The notes beneath the pieces were generated by a model, which saw nothing but the letters and a program-made list of their open reading frames with translations, ran no database searches and had not been told where the DNA came from. A DNA stretch of 64,000 bases, taken from positions 64,157-128,156 of the forward strand of contig CAWJOP010000008.1 in assembly GCA_963844535.1 (NCBI GenBank), in the 5' to 3' direction. This document shows positions 1-13,400 of the stretch, piece by piece; position 1 is the first letter of the stretch; the number at the start of each line of letters is the position of its first letter. The DNA is from an uncultured Gammaproteobacteria bacterium. Its GTDB lineage: Bacteria; Pseudomonadota; Gammaproteobacteria; CAWJOP01. Position numbers and translations under genes: made by a program.

Positions 1-72
1 GTCCGCGGGATCCATGGATGCCGCGGACGAGCCGCGGCACGTCGGGGGCTTTAGGCCAATTGTCAACAGGCC
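1..72. repeat. GC-rich palindromic element, type PE-A, cut by the window edge
   Basis: gtccgcgggatcc/ggatgccgcggac inverted repeat followed by gagccgcggcacgtcg and a ggcc..tgtcaacaggcc tail. The same CCGCGG-rich core recurs at 1275, 16044 and 56365. Confidence 0.7.
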
Positions 73-81
73 TTAGTATTA

Positions 82-1230
82 TTACAAAAATAGCTTTTCC
101 AATATTATACCATAAATAGCGGTTAATTTTGCTAAATCGGCAACCGCTACGCATTCGTTGGTTTGATGAATTGTTCGATTACACAAGCCTAATTCAATGA
201 CCTCTGCCCCTAGGGGTGCAATAAATCGACCATCTGAAGTTCCACCGCCAGTTGACAGCTCAGGCGTCGTTTGGGTTACCTCAAAAATACTCGCGGTAAC
301 TTGTTTTAATAGTTGATTAGGAGTAGTCAAAAAGGGGGCAGCAGAATATTGCCAATGAATTTCAAAATCAAGTTGATGCCTACTTAGCATTTCAATCACT
401 CGTTGCTGTAATAGTTCGACAGTTACTTCAGGACTATAACGAAAATTAAATTTAGCAATGAGTTTTTCCGGAATTACATTGTAGGTTCCTGTACCCGCTT
501 CTATATGCACTACTTGTAATTGAGTAGGTGGAAAAAATTCATTACCATTATCCCATGTTGTACTGACTAATTCATTAAGAAAGGGCGTAAATAAATGAAT
601 AGGATTTTTTGCTAAATGAGGATAAGCAACATGGCCTTGGACACCATGGATAATCAAATCTGCAGACAAAGATCCGCGGCGTCCATTGCGGATTATATCT
701 CCTACATGATTTAAACTACTCGGCTCACCAACAATACACCAAGTTATTTGTTCGTTGCGACGCACCAATTCTTCTACGACTTTTTGTGTTCCATTGATTG
801 CCGGACCTTCTTCATCACTGGTTAACAAAAACGCAATTGAGCCTTGAAACGAAGGATACGCTGTCACAAAACGTTCTACTGCAACTATCATGGCAGCAAT
901 ATTTCCTTTCATATCCACCGCACCACGACCGTAAAGATAACCATCGCGAATAGTGGGCTTAAAAGGCGGAGAAACCCAGTGAGTGTGTTCACCAGGCGGC
1001 ACAACATCAGTATGCCCTAAAAAAACGAGTAAAGGCCCTTGCGTTTGATATTTAGCCCATAAATTATCCACTTCACCAAAACGCAATAATTCAGATTGAA
1101 ACCCTACTTGATTCAACCGCTCTATAATTAGTGGTATACACCCTGCATCATCAGGAGTAATTGAAGGTTTCTCCATCAGCGAAATGGCTAATTGAAGAGT
1201 ATCGGAGTATATGCTGGTTTGTGTAGTCAT
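82..1230 (-). CDS. dapE: succinyl-diaminopimelate desuccinylase (M20 peptidase)
   Basis: 382-aa ORF with DapE/M20 motifs LVFLGHTDVVPPG, GRGAVDMKG, SDEEG and GEPS. Confidence 0.9.
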   Translation of the reverse strand: MTTQTSIYSDTLQLAISLMEKPSITPDDAGCIPLIIERLNQVGFQSELLRFGEVDNLWAKYQTQGPLLVFLGHTDVVPPGEHTHWVSPPFKPTIRDGYLYGRGAVDMKGNIAAMIVAVERFVTAYPSFQGSIAFLLTSDEEGPAINGTQKVVEELVRRNEQITWCIVGEPSSLNHVGDIIRNGRRGSLSADLIIHGVQGHVAYPHLAKNPIHLFTPFLNELVSTTWDNGNEFFPPTQLQVVHIEAGTGTYNVIPEKLIAKFNFRYSPEVTVELLQQRVIEMLSRHQLDFEIHWQYSAAPFLTTPNQLLKQVTASIFEVTQTTPELSTGGGTSDGRFIAPLGAEVIELGLCNRTIHQTNECVAVADLAKLTAIYGIILEKLFL

Positions 1231-1274
1231 AAATTAAATTCTTATTGTAATATTATGTAACTACTCACCCTCTA

Positions 1275-1344
1275 CTACGTGCCGCGGCTTGTCCGCGGCA
1301 TCCAGATTGCGAAGTGGATGCCGCGGACAAGCCGCGGCACGTAG
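1275..1344. repeat. palindromic element PE-A, complete copy
   Basis: Perfect 30-bp arms ctacgtgccgcggcttgtccgcggcatcca / tggatgccgcggacaagccgcggcacgtag around a 10-nt loop. The left flank gtaactactcaccc (1257-1270) is the reverse complement of the right flank of the copy at 56365. Confidence 0.9.
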
Positions 1345-1411
1345 TCAGTGGAGTCATTCAATGCTAAAAAATAGCATGGTAATTTGATTAACTTCATAAT
1401 GAGTTGCTAAA

Positions 1412-4400
1412 TTACTGCAATTTTTGGCTTTTGTCATCGTTCGAAGGTTGACGAGGTTCTTGACGTTCCTGTTCCTCTCTCTTCTGTTTGGCCCGCGAAC
1501 GTAATTCTTTAAAGTTTCCAGAAACTGAACTTTTTACCCCTGTATCCTGACTAAAGAAATCCGTCACTCGAGTTATTTCCTGTGTATCCTTTACTACACC
1601 CTGATCCTTCTCCTTACAACAGAGCACAAAATCGCGATTGTTAGACTCCGTTGCCACCTGCAACGCTGTTTTACCCTGCCTGTTCGGCAATCTAAAATTT
1701 GCATCTCGCTCCAATAACAACTTCAATAACTCTATCGCCGCTATATCTTTCCGATCTTCCCGAACTTCCTGATCTTCCTGATCTTTCCGACTTGCCAATA
1801 AATGTAATGCCGTTTCTCCACTCTTATCGGATACATTTACATCCAACTCTTTTCGCTCTAATAATAACTTTGCCAACAACAATGCATCACTCTTAATTGC
1901 ACTAATCAATCCAGGCTCCACAACTCGCTCACGCTCTACTTCTTTTTGCCACAAAAGTCCAAAGCCTGGTCTCTGTCGCTTTTTATCAGCACTCTGCACC
2001 AATTTCACAAACTCTTCATTTCCACTCGATTTTCCAAGTTCTAACGCCGTCTTACCCGCTTTACTTTTCAAGCCAAGATTTGGATTAGCCTGCAACAACA
2101 ATTTCGTCAACTCTAATCCAACTGCATCCTTCCTACTTGCCAACAGATGTAGCGCCGTCTCTCCTTTTTCATCCACAGCATTTACATCCAATTCCTTACG
2201 CTCCAACAAGCAAGAAAACACCCATGGATTATCTACTTGCACTGCTATATTTAATGCTGGTTCCGTAACTCGTAATTTTCCTGTCTCCTTAAAATTACTA
2301 TCTAATTCTTTACTTTGATGTGCATTTACATCTGCTCCCTTCTCCAACAATAACCGAACCATCTCTAAACTTTTGCTTTTATCTTCCGCTAAACCACTTG
2401 CTCCATACGCTATTGCTAACTGTAATGCGGTATAACCATTACCCAACGTTGGCGTATTAATTACATTGCCCAATAAATTATTTTCTTTATTCCTTTCTTC
2501 CCAACTCTCTCTGGTTAACTCCCCATTTTTCACCAACCTATGCAACATCAAATCTCCAAGCTTACTTCGATACCACGGTGCTCGCTTCTCCTCATGCTGC
2601 ATCTCCAACAATCGATTCTTCAACAGCGTTATATCCTTATATACCAGTTTAATAATTGCCTCTAACTCCTGACCACCTAATAGCAACTTGTCAAATTCCA
2701 CAGTTACTTTTTCTGTACCTCCATTCACTCGCTCCAACTCTTTTCGTACCAACTCATATTTATCAAATAATAAATCCATTCCTTCTTTATACTCTTTACT
2801 TTCTACACCACGTTCTTGATCCGTCAGCACCTGTTTATTCAGCAACACTACATATTTACTTAATACACCAGCATAACTTTTCAATAAACTCACGGGATCT
2901 TGTAGTATCAATTCCTCACTTACCACCTTGCGCACCATATCTTGCATCTTCATCAAATTCTGACTTGCATCTTGGCGATCTCTTACTTGATCCGCTAGTT
3001 CCTTATTCGCTCCTGCTCTCTTAGCTATCCCTTCTCGACTTAATTCATCTAATCCTTCCATAGAACTTGTTTGCCTTCCGAGCTGCAATAAATAATTTTT
3101 ACGCAACTCACTTAAACTTCTATCCGTATGCGTAAACAATAATTTTTGTTTCTCATGCCCATACCCCCCTCTTCTATAATTCCTCAACAACTCATAAATC
3201 TTCTGCTCCTTTTCCATTTCTATTTCATGATTCATACCGAATAAACTCTTCACATCTCCCTTAATTTCCGACACCGTGGTTTGCACAATGTGGCTTGCCG
3301 TTTCTTGCTTTGCTTGCCAACGTTTCTGCGCTAACTCGAACGCTGTTTCTCCTAGTCCTACTTTTTCTTTATCTCCTTTACCTCTAATCGTCACATCCGC
3401 TCCACAACTGAGTAAATAATTTACATCTTCGACATCATTTCTTTTAATCGCAGCGTGTAACAAAGTTTCACCATTTCGATCTCGACCATTCACTACGGTT
3501 TCTTTATGCTTAAACAGCCCTGATCTTAATACTTCCATCCACAGTTGTTTCGTACTTGAATCTTGACTACTAAACTCAACCACTCCTATCACTTCTGCTA
3601 CTGGCATTTCTCCTGATCCAATCAATGCTCCGATTAAACCTACATGTCGGCTTTCTAATGCTAGCGACCATGCGGTCTGGCCTTTATTATCTACTTGCCA
3701 CTTATCTATTCCCTCCTCCAGCAACCACTTTGCCATCTCCAATTTCTTGTTTCGCACCGCTACATGTAAGGGTGTTTCTCCCGCATGATTTCGTGTATTC
3801 AATAACTTCAACCAATCTCGTTTTTGCTCCTTGGATTGTTCCTTCATAAACTTTAATATTTCTAGATCGCTGTTCAACACAGCTCGATGTAACAGCGTTT
3901 CTCCCTTTTCATTTTGTCCTATTAAGTAATTTCGATTTTTCTGTGCCAATTTTGCCTTCACCATCAATAACTCTGCACGAGTTCCCGCCTCATAATTCTC
4001 AAATATCTTTTGCACGCTGCTAGGCGAGCCTATAGCATCTGATTCTGTTAATTTCTTTTTCTCTTTCTCATCCATTTCCGCATATTTCCTATCGCTTTCT
4101 TTTTCCACAACCCCAGTTTTTACTCGACGCAAGGATTCTAATTGATGTTCTAATGCTTTCTCATAAGCTGATTCCACTCCTTTCTTTACCAATAACTGAT
4201 AAAGATTTTCATAAACCCGCTCACCACTTGTCTCACTACGGGTATCACGCACCCGCTCAAATACCCTCTGCCCTCGCTCTATTTCAAATGCTTTCTTCCC
4301 TTCTTTATTGACTTGTTCTAACAAGCTCTCATCCCTATTCAGCAAATATTCTACCAAACGAATATCTGCTATATTGTTTTGATCTCCCATTGCGGCATGA

Positions 4401-7400
4401 AGCACAGTTTCTCCTAACTCATTTTGTGCATTCAACAAATACCCTGGTCTCCACCAACTTCCAATCAATTCCTTAACTAACTTTAGTTCTCCTTGGCGAC
4501 ACATTCTATGTAATACATGATTTCCTTCTGCATCCTGACCAACTACTTCTATTTTTGCTCCTGCCGCTACCAAGTGCTTTATCACTTGGCTCTTCTTTTC
4601 TTCTTCTGCTCCATTCAACAACTCATGTACCAAAAATAACACTGTCGGATTCCCAGTATTGTGAATTTTTTCTTCCTTCTCTCGTGCTAACAACACTTTT
4701 AATACTTGTTGTGATTCAGTATTCTCTTGCTTATCTGCCGCTTGCTCCACCAATCTCAACAAAAACTTCTTTCCTTCTTCTGTCGACAGTGCTGTTTCTC
4801 CTTGCTCTTTTTCTTCTCCTTTATTTCTCCTTATGCCAATCCTTGCTCCTCCCTCCAATAACAACTTCACTAAACCGATTTCTCCCTTAGCCATAGCCAG
4901 ATGCAATGCTGTTTCCCCACGAAAATTGGTGGCATTCACGTTAGCACCTAATTTTAGTAATTGCTCTATGATTTTTGGATGATTCTTCTCCACTACTAAA
5001 TGCAATGGCGTTTCACCTTTTGCATCTGTTACATTAACTTGCACACCTGCTGATAACAGCGCTTCAACTGCCGCTAATTGACCATGACCTATTGCTACTT
5101 GTAAAGGAGTATCCCCTAGAAGATTTTTTTCATTAAAGCTATTAAACGCTATATCGCCAAACACCCCCGCGCGACTGCGTAATGCTGTTAAGGCTTCTAC
5201 ATGACCTGATTTTGCTGCTAAATGTAAAATATTATTTCCATCTTTATCTTTAGCTTCAATATTGACTGGTGCTTTCTTTGCTATGAGTACTGATATAATT
5301 TGATTAAATTGTTCTTTTTTATCTGGCTCTTTTGCTGCTACATAACCTTGCAGCGCTAATAACCATAATTCACCACTAATCTCTGCACCTGCTCGCAACA
5401 ACTGCATGATCCATTGGCTATCTCCTTCTTTCACACCGCGTTGTAAAAATTTATTTTTACTAGCTTGACTGATTGCGTCTAAATCCGCTCCTTTCTCTAC
5501 TAACAGCTTCACTAGCTCCACATTTTCATCACCCACTGCAAAATCTAATGCAGTGTTACCGTGCCGATTTTTAATGCTTAATCGCAAAATATGCTGTGAC
5601 TCCGTTAATAATATTTTCACCAACTCGACGCTACCTGTTCTTACCGCACGATGTAGGGGTGTACTCTCAGTTTCATCTTGTACACCTATGCGCGCGCCAT
5701 TCGATAACAACAATTTAACCATCTCGCTATTTCTTTTTTCTACCGCATAATGTAAAGGAGTACGTGATAACATTCCCGGCGTTTGATCTTTAGCATTCAC
5801 ATCTAATAATCTAACATTAGCTTTCTCCTGCAATAAAAGCTTAACTGCCACTATGTCTTCTTCTTGTACGCGCAAAATTAATAAAGAATTCAATTCAATG
5901 CGATTAACCTTCGCGTCTTTCGTACGTAAATAACTAACTATTTTCGGTTGAGTATCTATTAGTGCTTTTGATAACGGTGTAACTGCTTTTTTATTCTCGC
6001 CATCTATAACATGCAGTGCATTTACATCTGCACCATGCTCGCCTAAAAATTGCACTAGATCCAAATCAGCTTTTTCAACTGCTTTATGTAACGGCGCTAC
6101 TCCATATTCTCCATCGCGCTTGTTTACATCTGCCTTCAATTCCTCAACTAAAAACTTAACCAAATTCAAACTACCCTGTTCCACTGCACGACATAACAGT
6201 GTTTGCCCATTTACCACTTCGTTAATATCGCAAGCTAACCCTGGCTTATCTGGTTTAGCTGTAATTAAATCTGTTAAAAATCGCTTTTTGTCCTCGAATG
6301 GCATATCTGCTTCTAAAACTTGTATTAGTGGTGATGTTGATGGCTCAGATTTTTTACCCGCAACTACCAATTTTTCTCGATATTGTTCTAGTTGTGCTTG
6401 ATAACGCTGATCAGCTTTTTGACCTGAAAATATATTCTTGGCAGTGCGCAAATTTGTTAGTTCACTTTTTGTTTTGTCTACCTGAGCTTGCAGCGACTGC
6501 CCTTCATCAGCCACCAATTTAATTTGCTGCGACAATCTTGCTAATCGAGCTTGCTCAGCTTTAGCTGTTCCGATCGTTTTTTGATCTTCATGACAGATGA
6601 TATGGCTTTCTCTAACCTGGCCTAAACGTTTGATCAACTGATCGCCATGTTCAGCCAGGTCATCGATTTCAGCTAACAACCAATTTTGACTGGCCGTTTC
6701 TGCCGGCACTTTTTTGCCTTCTTTCACTATCTTGGTTGCTAATCTGGCTTTTTGTATTTCATCATTTAGTAGTTCTGCACTAGCACCTTTAGCAAAAGAG
6801 CGACCTTCCCATTCTAGATACACTATGTCATCCATTAAATCTTCACTGAGTTTGGATAAATTATCATCAGTGATTTCCAGATCCTTATTACTAAGCGTTA
6901 ATATACGATCTTCCATTGCAGCTACTTGTGTAATCTGCTTTTCTAAGCCCTTCTGTTCTTCAATAAACTTCTTCAATTCCACAACAAATGGCAATTTTGA
7001 AAACAACCAATTATCAAATAGACCTAAGGCAAACTCTGCTCGACTACGAGCCCCTTGCTGATCTACCAATACTTTTTGTAGCCGAGCACTATACTCACTA
7101 ACTCGTGGTAACATTTCTTTTGCTAGGTGCTTAAGATCTCTTATTTCAACTGGCAATCTTTGCTCGGATAAATCACGTTCCTGTTCTACTGCATCCAACA
7201 TCTGCGAAATTGCCGTCGCCCTTATTACTAAATCTCCTAGCGAAACGTCTGCTACCTGTTTGTCTTCAGGGATAAGCTCAATATGTCCTTTAAATAATTT
7301 AAGCTCTTTAACTAACCATTCATGCTGTTCTTTATCACTATCAATTTGTTCTACTAGCTCTTGTCCTTCTTTAACTTTGCCAGTAATACTTATAGTTAAT

Positions 7401-10400
7401 TTTTCTTCTTGCTTTTCTCTAATAGCTATTTGATGGCTAAATGCTTGTTCTATTTCTACAACTTGCTGATCTAAAACTAGTCTCGTTTGCTCTAAAGCTG
7501 TTTTAATCTGTTCCTGTTGAGAATTTAGCTTTATTTCCTGCTCCATATTTTTTACTGCGCGAGAAAATTCAGTTATTTTCTCTTCCTGCTCAGCTAATGG
7601 TATTTTAGTATCAGTAAATACTTGCCCTGCTTTTTCACTTTCTATAGTAAATTTAGCTTCATTTTCTTTGATCAATTTTTCTCGCTGACTAAATAATTGA
7701 TCGAGTTCCTTAAACGCGTCTTCAGCTATTTGACGAGACTGCAAAAAGACAGCTTGATCCTTCTGTTCAATCGCCAATTGTTCAAGCTTAATTGCTGCAA
7801 ATAATTGATCTTTTTCCCTTCTTAATTTTTCTATTGGCTCACTTAACGTTACGGTAATTTCTTGCTCTTGTGATAATACTGATTGATAATTAGCTTGAAT
7901 AGCTTGATAGGTTGCAAGATTTTCTGCTTCTCGTACTTTTATTCCTTGTATAACTCTATCGCTTATAAGAAACGTTTCATTAACCTTTGTTTGCAGTACA
8001 GTTAATTTTTGCTCGTGTGGAGATATCGCACATTCAGCAAATAGTAAGTTCTGTTCAAATTCATTTAACTTAGACAATTGATCTTTAAGTAATGCTGAAG
8101 AGTTTTCGGCTAACAATTGATTCGCTTGAGCACCGAGTTTCTCTAGGCTATCCTGTGCTTTCTTTAAATAATCATCTTCCATATCTATGGCTTCTTGGAA
8201 AAACTTAATATGGTTTTCCAAAACCTCGATGGTTTTTTTAATATTTTCAGGATCACGCCCAGTAAGCGCTGTCAACTCATTTACTTGGGCTTGTTTTCTC
8301 TGAGCTAACTGTTGGCGAATTATTGGTAGATTTGTGACTAACTGTTGCTGCTGTAATAAAAATTTCTGATACCTTTGGTTTAGTTCATCATTTTTATTGC
8401 GATGGCCAGTTTCAAATTGATTTACTTGAGTTGTTACTTCCTTAGCCATCTCTTCAAGAGCATGGCCAAATACTTTCACATTCATTTCAACAGTTTTCTT
8501 GATGGCATCACTTTCTCCCACCAGGTAAGAAAACTCATCAGAAGCTATTGAGGTAGTTGGCTCGAGTTTGGCTTCTAGTTCTCGTGCACGGTTATAATAC
8601 CCGTCCTGATACGACGTTAAGCCTTCTTTGGCCGATTCTGCCTGCTCTGCAAATTTTTTATATAATTTCTCGTCGTAGCCATTAAGGCGCCCTACATCTC
8701 TATCAATACTCGCTGGAAATTGTAGCGCTTTTACTTTTTCACCAAGTGCTCTTGTTTCTGCCAGATTAGCATCTATTTCAACTCGTTCTACTTGTTTAAC
8801 CAACTCAGACAATTTAGCGCTATTTTCTTGATCAAATTTTCCTTTCGTTGCCATACTTCCCACGAGGTCAATAAATTCATCGCGCTCTTTATGATTAGCT
8901 AATTTTTTAGCAACTATCGGCAAAATATCTACCAGAAAATTTTTCCATTCTCTTTGTTTAGTAGCATCTTGTGCAAACGGTTCCTTATCTAATTCCTTTT
9001 GTACATATACAGAAAATTGATAATATCCCTCCCAAGTGAATTCTTCTCGGAGTATTTTAGTTAAAAATGCAGCCGCTATTCCTTTATTCCCTAACGGCGA
9101 CTCACAAAATATAAATCTGCCAAATCTTTTATAAGCAGTAAAACGAGTCCAATCCTCTTTAATAGCAGCACAATGATTTGCATAGCTTTCTAATGCTTTA
9201 TCATGGTAAATATCAAAAACACTTCTAAGTTGAATTGCACCTTTCTCATCTATCGCCATCATTTTGCCTTGGCGACTAACCGCATCTAGCTGGACAATAA
9301 AAGATTCAAATAATTCAGCTGGTTTTTCACTGACTTCAATATTTTTTAACCGTCTATTTAACGCGTAATCAATAAATTGTTTACCAAATTCGCTTTTTGG
9401 ATTAAACAATAACAAAGTATCTGGTTTAAATAGATGCTCTATACCTATACCGTTATATCCCACCTCAAATAATCCATTGATATACTCAGGTTCAATCAGA
9501 TTATGTTCTTTACAAAAGTTATAAAGCGATCCCAATGCAATAATATCTTGATCAAAATCAGGGAACGTAAAATCGAGCGCAAGTTTAGCCTGTTCAACTA
9601 CTATTTTGCTTTGTAAGGTACGAAGTTGATTTTTTTCGTTGTCAGAAAAATTAAACTGTGCGTCATTCAACAATATTTTAAGAAGCTTAATAAATTCATA
9701 TGCTGGAGGAGAAAATAATTTTTCTTCCACATTTACAGAGTACAGATGGCTTTTAGTGCCCGCCATCATTCCTATTAATGCAAGCTGCCCTGGAGGAAAA
9801 GAAAAATGACCAGTGCCAAACGGACCTGGAAGATAACTAACCCTGCTAAAATTCAGTGGGCTTATTGGATTCGTCAATAAAAATTCTGCTGTTGCTCCGA
9901 ACATCTTTGCTTCTAGTTTCTCACTGCGATGACTGATTCCTTTGTAAGCGGCGCCTTTACTTGCTGCAACTTGTTCAACTCCTCTCGCCAAAATCCGCAT
10001 AAAAAGTCGCTTATCCATTTGCTCATCAGTTAGCTGATAAGCTTGTTTTAATTTAAGCGCTTCGCCGAGAAGATTAAAAACTTCTTCTGGAGTAGAAAGT
10101 TGGCTCAACAATACCGTTGGCTCGAATTTAGTTAAAACCTCTACCTGCGCTTTTGCATCTTCAAGATTTAACACATCGAGAATTTTTTGCTCCAAACGAC
10201 TTTCGGAAAATTTACCTTCACTTTGAAGTTTTGTTAGAAAATCTTTAAATTCTTGGAATTCTTTTGGCGTCTGTAATGATTGTGCGCGAAGAACCAAGAA
10301 ATCATTAATCAAACGATCATAGCCAGACACCTGCCCTCTAATCTTATCTTCTAAAGAATCCCACAGATAAAGCCATCCAAGATGATGTTCATATATCTGA

Positions 10401-13400
10401 TAGGATGGTTTCGGTAACAACATTGATAACGTTAGTGCATTAAGGAGAAATTTTCTGTTTTGTCTTTCTTTTACTGTAGGCGGATGGTCGGTAAGACCAA
10501 ATAAGAAAATTACTGCCGCGCTAGCTTGATTAAGTGCAGCTGCATCCTCTAATTTGCATTGCAACTGATCACCAGTAGTTATATAAGTGGTTTCTTCCTT
10601 TAACTTGACAATCAACTGGTTGAATTTCGCCAAGCGCGAAGGATCCTCTACCATTACTTTAAAAAACTCTTCCCTTCCCCACAAATTGATTAAGCTACGC
10701 AATAATGGACATCTATTTTCTTCAGTTGCCATTAAGCTTTCAGCTTGTTTTAATTTTGCGCCAGAAAGCTTACCTTCTGTCTTAAGCTCTTCAATGACTG
10801 TTAACACAGTTACTGGCGCCTTTTTAGTTAAAAAAGCCAAGTGCTCAATTACAAAAGCTGAATGTTCTCCACCTAATAACAATGTTTTTAAAATGGTTTT
10901 ATAATCGTTATAGGTTTTTAGCAATGAAATCAGCTTTTCAGCTTCAAATTGAGGCAATAATTGATTTGTTCCCAACCATTTAGCTTCAGATCGACTAACA
11001 TAGCCTATATAATCTGCATAACCTGCAACATTTTTAATACTATTTCGCCACTTATTTAAAGTATCTTTAACCAGCGGGCCAATTTCACTCTTAATATTTT
11101 CAGGCGCTATTTTCGCCAACCGATAAAGACCATTAATAAACTCGATACAATGTGCCGAGTTATTAGCATCAAGTTTCTGCTGATAGGTTTGTATTGCTTT
11201 AACAATTAAATCGTAATAAAAGTTTCGATAAACTTCATCACGCAAAAAATAACTGTCATTTGTTGGAGCGACTTTCCCTCCCGTTCCTACACTTCCTGCA
11301 CTGACAAACAGATCTTCAAAAGCTTCTTCCACCGAACCTGGGTTAAGAAACGTTAACTTTTTAATTCCTTCATCCAGCAAGCGATTACGTAACTCTTGCA
11401 ATAGAGGCGGTGATAACTCAGATTTATCCTTATTATTCAAATGAGTATAAATAGTGCTCAATTGTCTAACTAACCACCAAAAAGAATCTTTAGGATCAGG
11501 TACTGGCTTTAATAGCTGCGCTTGCCGAATCAATACTTCTACTTGTAAATTTGCAAAATCTGGACCTTCTTTTTTCAGCTCAGACAAAAGCTGAATAAAG
11601 TTCTGCGCTTCTTTGGAAACAGTTGAAAATCCAGAGAACAAACCTGCTTTCTTTTCATCTTTGGGTATATGGTCTATACCAAGCATCAGCAATTGCTCTA
11701 AACATTGCCTATCCATTGCAGTTTTATCTTGAGCAGCTATTAAGCCTTTAACAAACTGAGCATAAAAATCCCACTCTTGTTGAGTATACTCATCTCCTTT
11801 AAAAAACCGCCGAGATAATGCTAATGATTTTAGATCCTTAATACCCTTGTCTATTGATCCCTTGGTATACTTTTCACCTTCTTTAGTCGTTACATAACTT
11901 AAATGGAAAAAATTCCCTAGCCTGTGAATTTCTTTTTTAAGCGCCGCGTCTGGTCTTTTCTCACTCGAATCTACCCAATTCATTCGATACTTATCTTGCA
12001 ACTTAGAGAAAAATTCACAAAATTTCTTTATTTCATCATCCGTCTGCAAAGATTGCGCCTTCATGACCAACAAATCTCGTATTAAATTTTCATCATATTG
12101 AGTAAAACTAGAATCTTTAGCCAATTTAAGATCATAGAGAAAATAAATCATGGATTGAAATTGTTCTAAAGAAGGCTTTTGAACAATCATAAATGTGATG
12201 AGGGTGTCAACGATCAGACGTTGCTCCAAACTATCATCACTAAATTTTACTTGTGCTTTATGTGCATAAAGAAACGCCAACAAATCTTTGCATCGCCTTT
12301 CGCTGCTGTTTTGTTCATTACTATTATATTTGTAAATAGAATCAGATACTGCAGCATCTTGATCAGACAATTTCCCGGTCCATATACGTTTTCGCTCTTG
12401 GGATAATTGGTTTATAAACTTAGAAACTACTGAATTAAGAAGATCTCCTTGGCCAGATAATGCACTTAATAATCCAGCAAAGGTGGCATACCGGTCTGGC
12501 GCTTGTCGAAAACCTACAGCTTCAAAAATTGCCTTTTTTGCTTCGGCATTGTCATTTATGCTCGGTGGAGGCAGATCCGTATCCGTTGAATACTCCGCCC
12601 AAACCGCATCAACAATATAGTCAAAATGAACGCCAGCAGCAGTGTGCTCAAGTGGTAATCGATGAATTTTACCTGCAGATTTATATGCATATTCTAGTAT
12701 TCTTTTACCCCATGACTTTTCAGGGTGATAAAGATACAAAACATTTTCTTTGATATCTTTATCATCAGGCGGGTTTCCTTTTCCGTAATAAATTTTTAAT
12801 TTATATTCAAGTTCTTTACGGCATTCAGTACTTAAAAATTCTTTCTCATATTTTGACTCATAACCAACCACAAAGTTAAGAAAATTATGCTTATCTGGGC
12901 TGGATAATAATTTTTTAGCAACTAAATTCGCTGTATTATCAAGCAGGGTTCTAGTTAGTTCTATTTTTAAGTTGACTAGCGCTGAAACTTTGTTGCCATC
13001 TTCAGCTTTTTGCAAAGAAAATGTCTCGACCGCTTCAACCAACATTTTATATTCATCAAAACTACGGATTTTTTCCGCCAGTTTTTGCCAATCTAAAAAC
13101 TGAATACCGCCAGGAATTTTATAAACTATATATTCAAGACAGTCTCTATACTCGGCTGCATGCTGACAATTATTCAAATATTTTGGCAATGATTTCGCCA
13201 GAAAAGCATTTTTATTGGCGTCTATTTCTGTTTTTGTTTTGCCGCCAAAAGCAAATCCTTCTTCACTCAATCGAAGCGCAGTTTCAATTACCAGTTTATA
13301 ATCTTCAGATCTACTAGCCTCAGCTAGTTTTCGTTCTAACGTATAATGGATAAATTTATCCGCAATACTTACTTCTGGCTCCCTCTTATTTTTGTTCAGC

